In this document: in pieces, positions 17,988 to 26,113 of the stretch
How the letters are laid out: every line of letters starts with the position of its first letter
Numbering within the stretch: the stretch's first letter is position 1
From: Candidatus Woesearchaeota archaeon
GTDB taxonomy: Archaea; Nanobdellota; Nanobdellia; Woesearchaeales; SKGA01
DNA: 64,000 nucleotides
NCBI GenBank assembly: GCA_046543005.1
Contig: JBKHAG010000001.1
Location: forward strand, 1,632-65,631
Direction: 5' to 3'
Position numbers and translations under genes: made by a program
The notes under the pieces: model-generated
Told to the model about the DNA's origin: nothing
The model's database searches: none
Seen by the model: only the letters and a program-made list of their open reading frames with translations

Positions 17988-18788
17988 ATGAAAATTAAAA
18001 CTTCAAAACTTATGCGTGATGGAAAAACTCTCATGCTCGCCTATGATCAAGGCTTAGAACACGGACCGGGAGATTTTAATTTACAAAATGTTGATCCTGA
18101 ATATGTATTAAATATCGCTTTAGAAGGTCGATTTAATGCAGTTATTTTACAAAATGGTATTGCTGAAAAATACTATCACGATAAATATAAAGATATCCCT
18201 CTTGTTGTTAAATTAAATGGAAAAACCAACATACCACACATCGCACCTGTAAGTAAACAAGTTTGTAGTGTTAATAGAGCTGTTCGTTTAGGAGCAGACG
18301 CTGTAGGATATACTATTTACGATGGGAGTGAACAAGAACCACATATTTTTCACGAATTTGGAAAAATCGTTGAACAAGCACACGATTATGGCCTTCCGGT
18401 TATTGCATGGATGTACCCTCGAGGTAGCTCTGTTCGTAACGACATATCAACAGATATTCTTTCCTACTCTGCACGTATAGGTTTAGAATTAGGTGCGGAT
18501 TTTGTTAAATTAAAATATAATAATAATCCTGAAGGATACAAATGGGTTGTAAAAAACGCAGGACGAACTCGGGTTATTGTTGCAGGCGGAGCTAAAAAAA
18601 ACCCTCAAGAATTCTTAAAAGAAAGCCAGGAAATATTATCTACGGGCGCAAGCGGTTTTGCTATTGGAAGAAATATTTGGCAAAATACCAGACCTCACGG
18701 AATTACTCAAGCTCTTCGAGAAGTAATTTTTAATAATAAAAAACCAGAAGAAATGCTTCACTATCTTCAAGGTAACGCAGAAAAATAA
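17988..18788 (+). CDS. Class I (DhnA/FbaB-family) aldolase: fructose-bisphosphate aldolase or ADH-synthase paralog
   Basis: LMLAYDQGLEHGP, IAWMYPRG, GADFVKLKY (Schiff-base Lys region), VIVAGGAK, IGRNIWQ; closely parallels the archaeal MJ0400/MJ1585 family by eye. Confidence 0.7.
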   Translation: MKIKTSKLMRDGKTLMLAYDQGLEHGPGDFNLQNVDPEYVLNIALEGRFNAVILQNGIAEKYYHDKYKDIPLVVKLNGKTNIPHIAPVSKQVCSVNRAVRLGADAVGYTIYDGSEQEPHIFHEFGKIVEQAHDYGLPVIAWMYPRGSSVRNDISTDILSYSARIGLELGADFVKLKYNNNPEGYKWVVKNAGRTRVIVAGGAKKNPQEFLKESQEILSTGASGFAIGRNIWQNTRPHGITQALREVIFNNKKPEEMLHYLQGNAEK

Positions 18789-18844
18789 TAAAGACATCTT
18801 ATTCTTAAGAAAGTTTAATAAGCAAAGCAAAATTCATAAGCATT

Positions 18845-20056
18845 ATGAGTTTTGAAATTATAGCTGAAGATGGTGCTGCACGGGCAGGAATTTTACGTAC
18901 TGAACATGGCGTAGTTCAAACGCCTTTTTTTATGCCTGTTGCCAGTAAAGGCAGTGTAAAAGCCGTCGAAGGTAAAGATTTAGAGCAATTAGGCTATCAA
19001 AGTATTATTTCTAATTCATTTATTCTTTCACTTTCCCCAGGAATTGATGTTGTGCAATCATGTGGAGGCATTCATAAATTCATGCAATTTTCAAACACTA
19101 TTTTTACAGATAGTGGCGGTTTTCAAGTTTTGAGTAAAGATTTTTTGATTAAAAAAACCAACCAAGGAGCGCAATTTCGCGATTCTCACGGTAAAAAAAT
19201 GTTATTTACACCTGAGCGAGCAATTGAAAACCAGATGCGCTTGGGAAGCGATGTTGCTATGTGTCTTGATGATGTTGCTCATTATGGTCTTGATGGAAAG
19301 TCTTACGTTGATGCCATTCGTAGAACTCATGACTGGGCACAAAGAAGCTTAATATGGCATAAAAAATTAAAAGAAGAAGAAAATAGTAAACAATTATTGT
19401 TTGGTATTGCTCAAGGTGGCGTTCGCGAGGAATATAGAAGATTTTCAACCTATAAAATTAATGAAATGGATTTTGACGGTTTTGCGCTTGGCGGTCTTGT
19501 AGTAGGCGAGAGTAGAAAAGAACTTAATACATCAATTCAAATTTCTGTTTCTCATTTTTGCAAAAATAAAATTCGTTATGCAATGGGATTAGGCAGTCCT
19601 TCAGACATAATTAAAGCCATTGGCGCAGGTGTTGATTGTTTTGATAGTATTTATCCAACAAGTAATGCTCGTCACGGTAGTTTATTGACAAAAAAAGGAC
19701 GAATAGCCATTAAAAAAACAAAATATAAACGTGATTTTGGACCTATTGAAGAAGAATGCGACTGTGAAACATGTAAAAAATATTCTAAGGCGTATATTCA
19801 CCATCTTTTAAGGACTCACGAATTATTAGGCTATAAACTCGCAACGATACACAATCTTCATTTTATGAAAAATCTTATGAAATCAGCACAAAATGCAATT
19901 AAAGAGGGACGCTTCAAGGAATTCTGTGAAGAATTTTTAGAAGAGTATTTTTCAGGAAAAGAAAAAAAAGAATTCTCTAATCACGTACAAAAACGATATG
20001 TCGCTCAAAAAAAACTACCCAAAAACCCGTTACATTTAGAATGGAAACAAAAATAG
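18845..20056 (+). CDS. tgt: tRNA-guanine transglycosylase (TGT), short 403-aa form without PUA/C-terminal domains
   Basis: N-term MSFEIIAEDGAARAGILRTEHGVVQTPFFMPVASKG; FTDSGGFQV; DGFALGGLVVGE; zinc site CDCETCKKYSKAYIHHL (CxCxxC..H). Confidence 0.75.
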   Translation: MSFEIIAEDGAARAGILRTEHGVVQTPFFMPVASKGSVKAVEGKDLEQLGYQSIISNSFILSLSPGIDVVQSCGGIHKFMQFSNTIFTDSGGFQVLSKDFLIKKTNQGAQFRDSHGKKMLFTPERAIENQMRLGSDVAMCLDDVAHYGLDGKSYVDAIRRTHDWAQRSLIWHKKLKEEENSKQLLFGIAQGGVREEYRRFSTYKINEMDFDGFALGGLVVGESRKELNTSIQISVSHFCKNKIRYAMGLGSPSDIIKAIGAGVDCFDSIYPTSNARHGSLLTKKGRIAIKKTKYKRDFGPIEEECDCETCKKYSKAYIHHLLRTHELLGYKLATIHNLHFMKNLMKSAQNAIKEGRFKEFCEEFLEEYFSGKEKKEFSNHVQKRYVAQKKLPKNPLHLEWKQK

Positions 20057-20118
20057 GGACCACAAGAATACTGCTTTGGGGTTAAGTTAATAAAGAAGAA
20101 CTTCTTGATACTTTTATC

Positions 20119-20727
20119 ATGGCTATAGAAAAAATTCCTGGACGTGTCCTTGGTAACGCTTTTATTCATTGGGAGTTTGTTATTAAAGAAACATTTAACT
20201 GGGAATTATTATACAAAAGAATGTATGAGTTCTTGCAAGAAGAAGAGTGGCTTGACTTGCAACAAGGTAAAGCAGATTTTGAAACATATCATTATCATTC
20301 AGATTTAGGTGGCGGCCTTAGAAGTCAAGATATTTGGTGGAGAGCATTTCGTAAACCAGAAGATGATATGGCAGGTCAATTAAAATTCTATCTTAAACTT
20401 GATTTTAAAACACTTGCAATTAAGAAAAAAGAAGTCATGTATAAAGGTAAAAAAATAGAATTAGATAGTGGTGAACTTACGCTTCGTTGTTGGCTTTATT
20501 TAGACAAGCAAAATGATAAAGGCAAAGCAAGGGAATGGAAAAACAACTTTTTTTTAAGATTATTACATAAATGGTTTTGGGACAAAGAGTCTAAACGACA
20601 AATTGATTATGCAAAAGAAGAACTAGAAAAATTCTCAAAAGATTTACAAGCTTTGCTTACAGGATATACAGATGCTCAAAAAGGTGGCGAACAAGAATTC
20701 TTAACCAAAAAAGGATTTACTTCTTAA
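20119..20727 (+). CDS. Hypothetical protein (202 aa), Trp-rich
   Basis: ORF only; no motif recognised. Confidence 0.35.
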   Translation: MAIEKIPGRVLGNAFIHWEFVIKETFNWELLYKRMYEFLQEEEWLDLQQGKADFETYHYHSDLGGGLRSQDIWWRAFRKPEDDMAGQLKFYLKLDFKTLAIKKKEVMYKGKKIELDSGELTLRCWLYLDKQNDKGKAREWKNNFFLRLLHKWFWDKESKRQIDYAKEELEKFSKDLQALLTGYTDAQKGGEQEFLTKKGFTS

Positions 20728-20732
20728 ACGCT

Positions 20733-22757
20733 TTAAGACATATTTTTTTGAAAAATAAGAATGTGATAAGGATTTATTTTTTTAATACATAAGGCGTAAG
20801 ATTGATATTCAAAAAAATCAGTTTCTTTGGAATGTAATGTGTACGAAGAAGTGCCATTGTAAAAACCAACGCCTTTTTTGTATGCGCTGTCAAAGCAACA
20901 AGTATACGTTTCAAAATCTGAAACACCCACCAAATAATTACTTTGAAAATTAGCCCCAAAATTAATAATAACAATAAATTCTTTTTTAGAAACAACATCT
21001 TGCTTTTTATACACTAAGACTTTGTTTGTATCATCAACATGAGTGCAGGTTCTTGTCAAAGTATTTTGTGGCCAAAAAACTTCGTTATGTTTAACTAAAA
21101 AATTAACTTTTTGTAAAAAATCAATACTGTGAGCAGAATCTTTGTTAGATAATAAATTCCAATGTATGGAAACGTCATGTTCAAACGTTCCTGTTTGAAG
21201 TAAAAAAGTTTGTAATAAATTTAAAAAACGTCCTTCGCAACAAAAGGCAATATATGCTTGCATAACACGTATTTTACCAATAGCATGCATTTGTAAATCT
21301 TTATTGCCTAAGGTAAGAGCGTCATATGCATAAGAACCAGTTGTTCGCATAGGCATTAAACCCGCGGCAGCGTCATGATTGTGAAAATCAGCAACGGTAC
21401 TTGCAGATTTACCCCATTCTTTTTCTTGGCGTATTTTTTCTAAGGACCACAAGGAAATATCCTCAGCAGCTTTAGGCATAAATTCTGTATGAAACCAATA
21501 GGTTAATCGAGAACTTGTATAAGCGCTAACACCTAAAGCTCGCTCATGCATTGTTTGTGGTGCGACAAGAAGTCTTGCGTTATCACCATAAAAATAGTGA
21601 GATTCAACATGAATTAAAAAATTAGATTTTTGTTTACGCATTGTTTGAATAAAATTTCTTAAAAATAAACGACCATAGGGTCGCTCAAATCCTTGACCGT
21701 TATCACCATAACGTAAAAGACCATCTAAATTATCAATACGAATACCATCTATAGCATAATTTTTTTCAAAAAAAAGAACGCTTTGAGTTATGAATTGTTG
21801 AATATAAATATCATCAAAATTATATCGTTTAGTTCCCCAAGGAGTTTTTTCATCAAAAAAAAGTTTTCCAAAGGTTTCATCCCACAAACCCAAACCTACC
21901 GCTTCACCTTTGAGTTGTTGAAACGAAAAATCTTTATAAGGTGCATGTCCAATAACCACATCACAAATTACTGCAATATTTCGTTTATGACATTCATCTA
22001 CTAATTGAGCAAAAGAATCCGGATTCCCATAACGAGTATCAAAACTAAATGGAAAACAAGAAAGATATTTATGTTTCCAATTTTCTCCATCTATAGTTCT
22101 ATGTACAGGCAGCCATTGAATGGTGTTAAAACCTAATTTTTTAATATAATCTAAAATACCTGCTTGCAAAATATAAGAACAGGCATCACCAGAAAAGTTT
22201 TCAAAAGAAATAATATCGTCAAAACCTTCGTGCCAACGATAGAGTAATCCTTTAAGTTCGGTTTGCAAAATTATCGAAGGTCTTTGAATGAGTTCAACAT
22301 CAGCATATTTTTTTTTATATGCTTTTGGATCTGCAAAATCCCAAAAAATACTGTTAGCTTGTTCATCAAAGTAAACGCTTGCAGGATCTCTTAAAAGAGT
22401 TTTTTTGTTAGTAGAATTATCTATAAATAAAAATAAGTAGGGATCTTTATGTTTAATAAGTCCCTCACAGCACACGTGTAAAAAAGAACCTTTTTTTGTA
22501 AATTCGTGTTTGTCTAATATTTCTTGAGAACACTCGCCCCAGGAATTGAATGCGCCAACTAAAAAAAGTCTTCCTTGAGTTATTTTATCTTCAGGTAAAT
22601 ATATTTGAAAACGAATCGTTTTTGCTTGTAAAGAATCAAAACGATCAAGAACAGTATAACCAAAAGTTTGAGGAGTGCTTGTTGTTGTATTTTCTTGAGC
22701 ATACAAAGACAGTTCCCACTGATAATGTATTGTTCTGGGAGGAAATGTACTTGCCAT
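20733..22757 (-). CDS. GH13 alpha-amylase-family glycoside hydrolase (674 aa; possibly alpha-glucan branching/debranching type with N-terminal beta-sandwich)
   Basis: GH13 conserved regions: I DVVIGHA, II DGIRIDNLDGL (GFR.D), IV FHNHDAAAG. Confidence 0.65.
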   Translation of the reverse strand: MASTFPPRTIHYQWELSLYAQENTTTSTPQTFGYTVLDRFDSLQAKTIRFQIYLPEDKITQGRLFLVGAFNSWGECSQEILDKHEFTKKGSFLHVCCEGLIKHKDPYLFLFIDNSTNKKTLLRDPASVYFDEQANSIFWDFADPKAYKKKYADVELIQRPSIILQTELKGLLYRWHEGFDDIISFENFSGDACSYILQAGILDYIKKLGFNTIQWLPVHRTIDGENWKHKYLSCFPFSFDTRYGNPDSFAQLVDECHKRNIAVICDVVIGHAPYKDFSFQQLKGEAVGLGLWDETFGKLFFDEKTPWGTKRYNFDDIYIQQFITQSVLFFEKNYAIDGIRIDNLDGLLRYGDNGQGFERPYGRLFLRNFIQTMRKQKSNFLIHVESHYFYGDNARLLVAPQTMHERALGVSAYTSSRLTYWFHTEFMPKAAEDISLWSLEKIRQEKEWGKSASTVADFHNHDAAAGLMPMRTTGSYAYDALTLGNKDLQMHAIGKIRVMQAYIAFCCEGRFLNLLQTFLLQTGTFEHDVSIHWNLLSNKDSAHSIDFLQKVNFLVKHNEVFWPQNTLTRTCTHVDDTNKVLVYKKQDVVSKKEFIVIINFGANFQSNYLVGVSDFETYTCCFDSAYKKGVGFYNGTSSYTLHSKETDFFEYQSYALCIKKINPYHILIFQKNMS

Positions 22758-22839
22758 ACTACATAGTCAAACAGTTAGCGTATTTAAATTTTGGTTAAAA
22801 TGGCATGCAACTACTAAAATAAAATGTTTAGAAATAAAA

Positions 22840-23346
22840 TTAGTATTCCCAACCATTTTCATCAACATGCTTTTTTTTAGCATATGATTTAAGTTTTTCT
22901 AGCACAAAGCTAAAAAATTGTTTTTCAAATTCTAAATACTGAGTAACAATATCAATATTAATGATTTCTTCACGATTTTCAATAGAGGTAATAATACAAA
23001 CGTGTCTTCGATATTCTTGTTCAGAAGAATATTTAGAGCGAGTTATTTTTCGCAATAAAAAATAAAGATCAATATTATCTTTTATTTCTTGTTCATCATA
23101 TAACTGTTTTACTAAATTACCTCGTTCAAGAGGAGTTTTTGGTAATTCGGCTAAATTGTTTGTTTCTTGAGCATACATAAGTAATGCGTCAATCATTCGC
23201 TCATATGAATCAATCATTCGTCGTAGAGAATTAACTAAGACGTCTGCGGTTCGAGTATATTTTAAACTTACATAAACGAGATGATCTGCTCGCTTCAGCT
23301 CATCTCCAGCTTCTTCTAATAATTCAATCATTGTTGTTTGCCTCAA
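22840..23346 (-). CDS. Hypothetical protein (168 aa)
   Basis: ORF overlapping upstream gene by 23 nt; helical. Confidence 0.35.
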   Translation of the reverse strand: MRQTTMIELLEEAGDELKRADHLVYVSLKYTRTADVLVNSLRRMIDSYERMIDALLMYAQETNNLAELPKTPLERGNLVKQLYDEQEIKDNIDLYFLLRKITRSKYSSEQEYRRHVCIITSIENREEIINIDIVTQYLEFEKQFFSFVLEKLKSYAKKKHVDENGWEY

Positions 23347-23752
23347 AAAGTGTTATGGCGACTTGTTTGGTGTGAAAAGACCATAGTTGCAGGTCTTCAA
23401 TTGTTAATGCATGCATGTTAAAGTCATCGTCGCAAACGACTAGAGCGCCTTTTCGAAAAAATTGTGTTGTTGAATTAACATATTTTTCCCACGCACCAAC
23501 TACATCTATAAAGGATTGTGCATGTCTTGCTTTAACAAGGGACGATATTTTTTCAACGAATATGTGTGTGTTAGCAAGTGTTACGTTGGCAGTGCCCAAT
23601 TCTTTTTCAAAGAGTTTCTTATACGCTTCAAGTAACTGAGTAAGGGCCATAGTTATTAATTGGGGTTCTTTTAAGTTAATATATAATTGAATAATTTGAT
23701 CGGCTTTACGCAATGAAGAAAAAATAAATTCTTCATCAAAGGACTGTTTCAT
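23324..23752 (-). CDS. Hypothetical protein (142 aa)
   Basis: ORF immediately downstream of nac; no motif recognised. Confidence 0.35.
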   Translation of the reverse strand: MKQSFDEEFIFSSLRKADQIIQLYINLKEPQLITMALTQLLEAYKKLFEKELGTANVTLANTHIFVEKISSLVKARHAQSFIDVVGAWEKYVNSTTQFFRKGALVVCDDDFNMHALTIEDLQLWSFHTKQVAITLFEANNND

Positions 23753-23757
23753 GAGTA

Positions 23758-24126
23758 TTACTCATCACCAATGTCTTCATTTGAAGAATGTAACATCATA
23801 ATGGCTTGAGCAAGATCGCCTTTTGATTTCTCTAAAGCTTCTTTTGATTCTTCTTTACTTGCCCCAGTTTGTTCAATTATCGTTTGAATATCTTCAGCTG
23901 TGATGTCTGGAGTTATTTCTCTAGTTACAACATCAAAATCACCAACGATTTGAAAGGTATCTTGACCCATCATATTTACTTGAGAAACTTGAGGATTTGA
24001 AAATACCAAATCATGCTCAGGCATGCTAATAATAACTTTTGTTGCTTCAATATCTTCTTGTTCAACGCCCATCTTCTTCATGGCTTGTTGCATTTGTTTA
24101 GAATTCATATTCATTCCTGGAAACAT
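23758..24126 (-). CDS. nac: Nascent polypeptide-associated complex alpha subunit (NAC domain + C-terminal UBA)
   Basis: MFPGMNMNSKQMQQAMKKMGV...VIISMPEHDLVFSNPQVSQVNMMGQDTFQIVG (NAC domain) and C-terminal UBA-like IQTIIEQTGASKEESKEALEKSKGDLAQAIMML. Confidence 0.75.
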   Translation of the reverse strand: MFPGMNMNSKQMQQAMKKMGVEQEDIEATKVIISMPEHDLVFSNPQVSQVNMMGQDTFQIVGDFDVVTREITPDITAEDIQTIIEQTGASKEESKEALEKSKGDLAQAIMMLHSSNEDIGDE

Positions 24127-24148
24127 ATTTTCACCTCTACGAACATTC

Positions 24149-24301
24149 TTATAAATTATTTAGCACAATTGTAATAATCACAACTAAAATTGCAATAAAA
24201 AGGATTGTTTGTGGTGGAATGTGAAGTCGTGATTTAGACTCTTCATAAAAAGTCGTTAGTCCTGCGCCACTTGAAGGCATACGTACATTATCTTTGGCCA
24301 T
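24149..24301 (-). CDS. Sec61-beta / SecG (archaeal preprotein translocase subunit), ~50 aa; ORF-track 90-aa version is over-extended
   Basis: MAKDNVRMPSSGAGLTTFYEESKSRLHIPPQTILFIAILVVIITIVLNNL: SSGAGL..YxEE motif plus single C-terminal TM, typical of Sec61-beta; internal ATG at 24299-24301. Confidence 0.6.
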   Translation of the reverse strand: MAKDNVRMPSSGAGLTTFYEESKSRLHIPPQTILFIAILVVIITIVLNNL

Positions 24302-24400
24302 TGGAAAAATAAGAAACCCCGAGAAATTTATAAATGTTTTTAAAAGACGAGGCCGTAAAACAACAAATACAGAGAAAAATAAGAAAAAATAGAATAAAAA

Positions 24401-24762
24401 ACGTAGAACAAAGTAAGCCACCTTCTGTTACGACCAAAATACACACCATATGTGCATCGATATCGTTGATTGCATTTTACTAAGCGTCAATATGACTTGC
24501 ATCTATTGGGGCGCACGTTTCATCCCTTCAATTGGAGACGTCCACGGATGAGAACACCAGTGTTACCACGATGTCGAGCCGTATCATTCCATTGTCCAAA
24601 AGCGGTGTTACACAGTCAAAGCAAAGCTTTTTTGTGCATTGAGCAAGCTCAATATTTCTGTACGGTTGCCAGCCCTATTCGAACTCTTCTTTACGAAGCA
24701 ACATTTACGATGGATGGACTTTCCTAAAACCAAGAGGTTTTGAGCAATCTCTTCGTCCTACG
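24401..24762 (-). ncRNA. rnpB: RNase P RNA (archaeal type-A-like)
   Basis: Minus-strand reads CR-I GGAAAGUCC (rc of 24716-24724) preceded by P3 hairpin AAAACC-UCUU-GGUUUU; GGGCUGGCAAC (cf. GGGCAGGUAAC); ACAGAAA + perfect P12-like hairpin AUUGAGC-UU-GCUCAAU; 3' CR-V ACAGAAGGUGGCUUA (cf. ACAGAACCCGGCUUA); P4 pairs 5'-AAG(U)CCAUC with GGUGGCUU-3' with compensatory changes; P1 CGUAGGAC/GUUCUACG; region is GC-rich relative to surroundings. Confidence 0.7.
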
Positions 24763-24786
24763 AGAAAAAAAAGAAACAAATCATAG

Positions 24787-24794
24787 TTTATAAA
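24787..24794 (-). promoter_or_regulatory. Archaeal TATA box (TTTATAAA) ~25-32 nt upstream of the predicted RNase P RNA 5' end
   Basis: Canonical TATA octamer at the canonical archaeal spacing relative to the P1 helix start. Confidence 0.4.
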
Positions 24795-24911
24795 TCAATA
24801 TCCTCGTTTCCCTACAAAAAATATAAAAACCATTAAAAAAAACAATGTACCTGATAAAGTTGTTTTTTCATAGCATACGCCCGCATACCTTTTAAGGCGC
24901 AACTAAAAACA

Positions 24912-25093
24912 GGCCTTGATCAAAATACTGTACATTTGTATACTGCGCGTTATTATCATTATTATTATTATAATTATTATTATATCAGCTTGGAACAAAT
25001 AACGAGCAGGCGCTAAACAGCTAAGCACATAGCCAGATTACTGTTTGTGTTGTAATTGACAGTACACATAAAAACTCCTTTTTGAACAAGGCC
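24912..25093 (+). repeat. MITE-like intergenic repeat element, copy C (182 bp)
   Basis: GGCCTTGATCAAAATACTGTACATTTGTATACTGCGCG...(ATT)n...AAACAAATAACGAGCAGGCGCTAAACAGCTAAGCACATAGCCAGATTACTGTTTGTGTTGTAATTGACAGTACACATAAAAACTCCTTTTTGAACAAGGCC; flanked by TAAAAAC on both sides (possible TSD). Confidence 0.7.
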
Positions 25094-25132
25094 TAAAAAC
25101 CAATATATTTATAAAGGTATTTTTGTTGAATT

Positions 25133-26113
25133 TTGTTTATGGGTGAGGCAGTTTTTAAAATTAGAGCAATTTCTAAGTCTTTTGGAAATCAACACGTTTT
25201 AGATAACATTTCTTTAGATATATTTTCAGGAGAAATTATTGGAATTATTGGCGAAAGTGGCGCTGGAAAAACCACCTTTTTACACACGCTCATAGGTTTT
25301 TTACAGCCTGATCAAGGAGAGATTGTTTTTCAAGATAAAGATAAAGCAAATAAAGACGGATCCACCAGTTACCTCCCTGTTCAAAAAAATCAAAAGCGAA
25401 TAAAACAATTATATGGTTTTGCCTCTCAAAACCCTTCTTTTTATGAAGAACTCACAGTAAAGGAAAACCTTCAATATTTTGGAGTACTACATAATCTTCC
25501 TAAAAAAGTAATTGAATCAAATACGTCTGCTATGCTTTCATTAGTTGGTTTAGAGCGTACAAAAAATAGAACTGCTAAAAAACTTTCAGGAGGTATGAGT
25601 AGACGTTTAGATATAGCGTGTTCATTAATTCATAATCCTTCAATTCTTATTTTAGATGAACCCACTGCAGATCTTGATCCCTTACTTAGGAACCAAATTT
25701 GGAGTTTGGTAAAAAAAATCAATAAGAAAAAAACAACAGTTATTTTATCAAGTCATCATTTGGCAGAACTAGAAACTATTTGCGACAGAATAATAATTCT
25801 TAAAGATAATAAAATTTTAACCATTGCAAAACCTGAAGATTTAAAGAAAAAATACGCGGTTGAAAAAACACTTGTTGTGCAAACGAGACCTGGAAATTAT
25901 TTTGAATTACAACAAGAACTTAAGAATAAAGGAATTGTTTCAACATTTAAAAATGGTTTTTTAGAAATAACAACAGATAAGGCAGAAAAAACAGTAAAAG
26001 AATTTATTCGAATTAGTTCAAAATTACATGAAGAGTTATCCTATATTGAAATCAATGCAGGATCTTTAGATGATGTTTTTGTCAATTTATGGGATAAGAG
26101 AGGTCGAGAATGA
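25133..26113 (+). CDS. ABC transporter ATP-binding protein
   Basis: Walker A GESGAGKTTFLHTL, signature LSGGMSRRLDIACSL, Walker B ILILDEPTADLD; 4-nt overlap with permease gene. Confidence 0.85.
   Translation: MFMGEAVFKIRAISKSFGNQHVLDNISLDIFSGEIIGIIGESGAGKTTFLHTLIGFLQPDQGEIVFQDKDKANKDGSTSYLPVQKNQKRIKQLYGFASQNPSFYEELTVKENLQYFGVLHNLPKKVIESNTSAMLSLVGLERTKNRTAKKLSGGMSRRLDIACSLIHNPSILILDEPTADLDPLLRNQIWSLVKKINKKKTTVILSSHHLAELETICDRIIILKDNKILTIAKPEDLKKKYAVEKTLVVQTRPGNYFELQQELKNKGIVSTFKNGFLEITTDKAEKTVKEFIRISSKLHEELSYIEINAGSLDDVFVNLWDKRGRE

Noticed and set aside
24670-24690. tRNA-like T-loop motif (GAGTTCGAATAGGG on minus strand)
   Set aside because: No complementary T-stem or acceptor stem is present. 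The segment belongs to the RNase P RNA.
24470-24727. 85-aa + strand ORF (MHFTKRQYDLHLLGRTF…)
   Set aside because: It lies entirely within the predicted RNase P RNA on the opposite strand. The GC-rich structured RNA explains the open frame.
3531-25093. Possibility that the three repeated elements form a CRISPR array
   Set aside because: Copies are 170-190 bp, separated by 8-13 kb of genes, carry TIRs and microsatellites, and have no regular spacer architecture.
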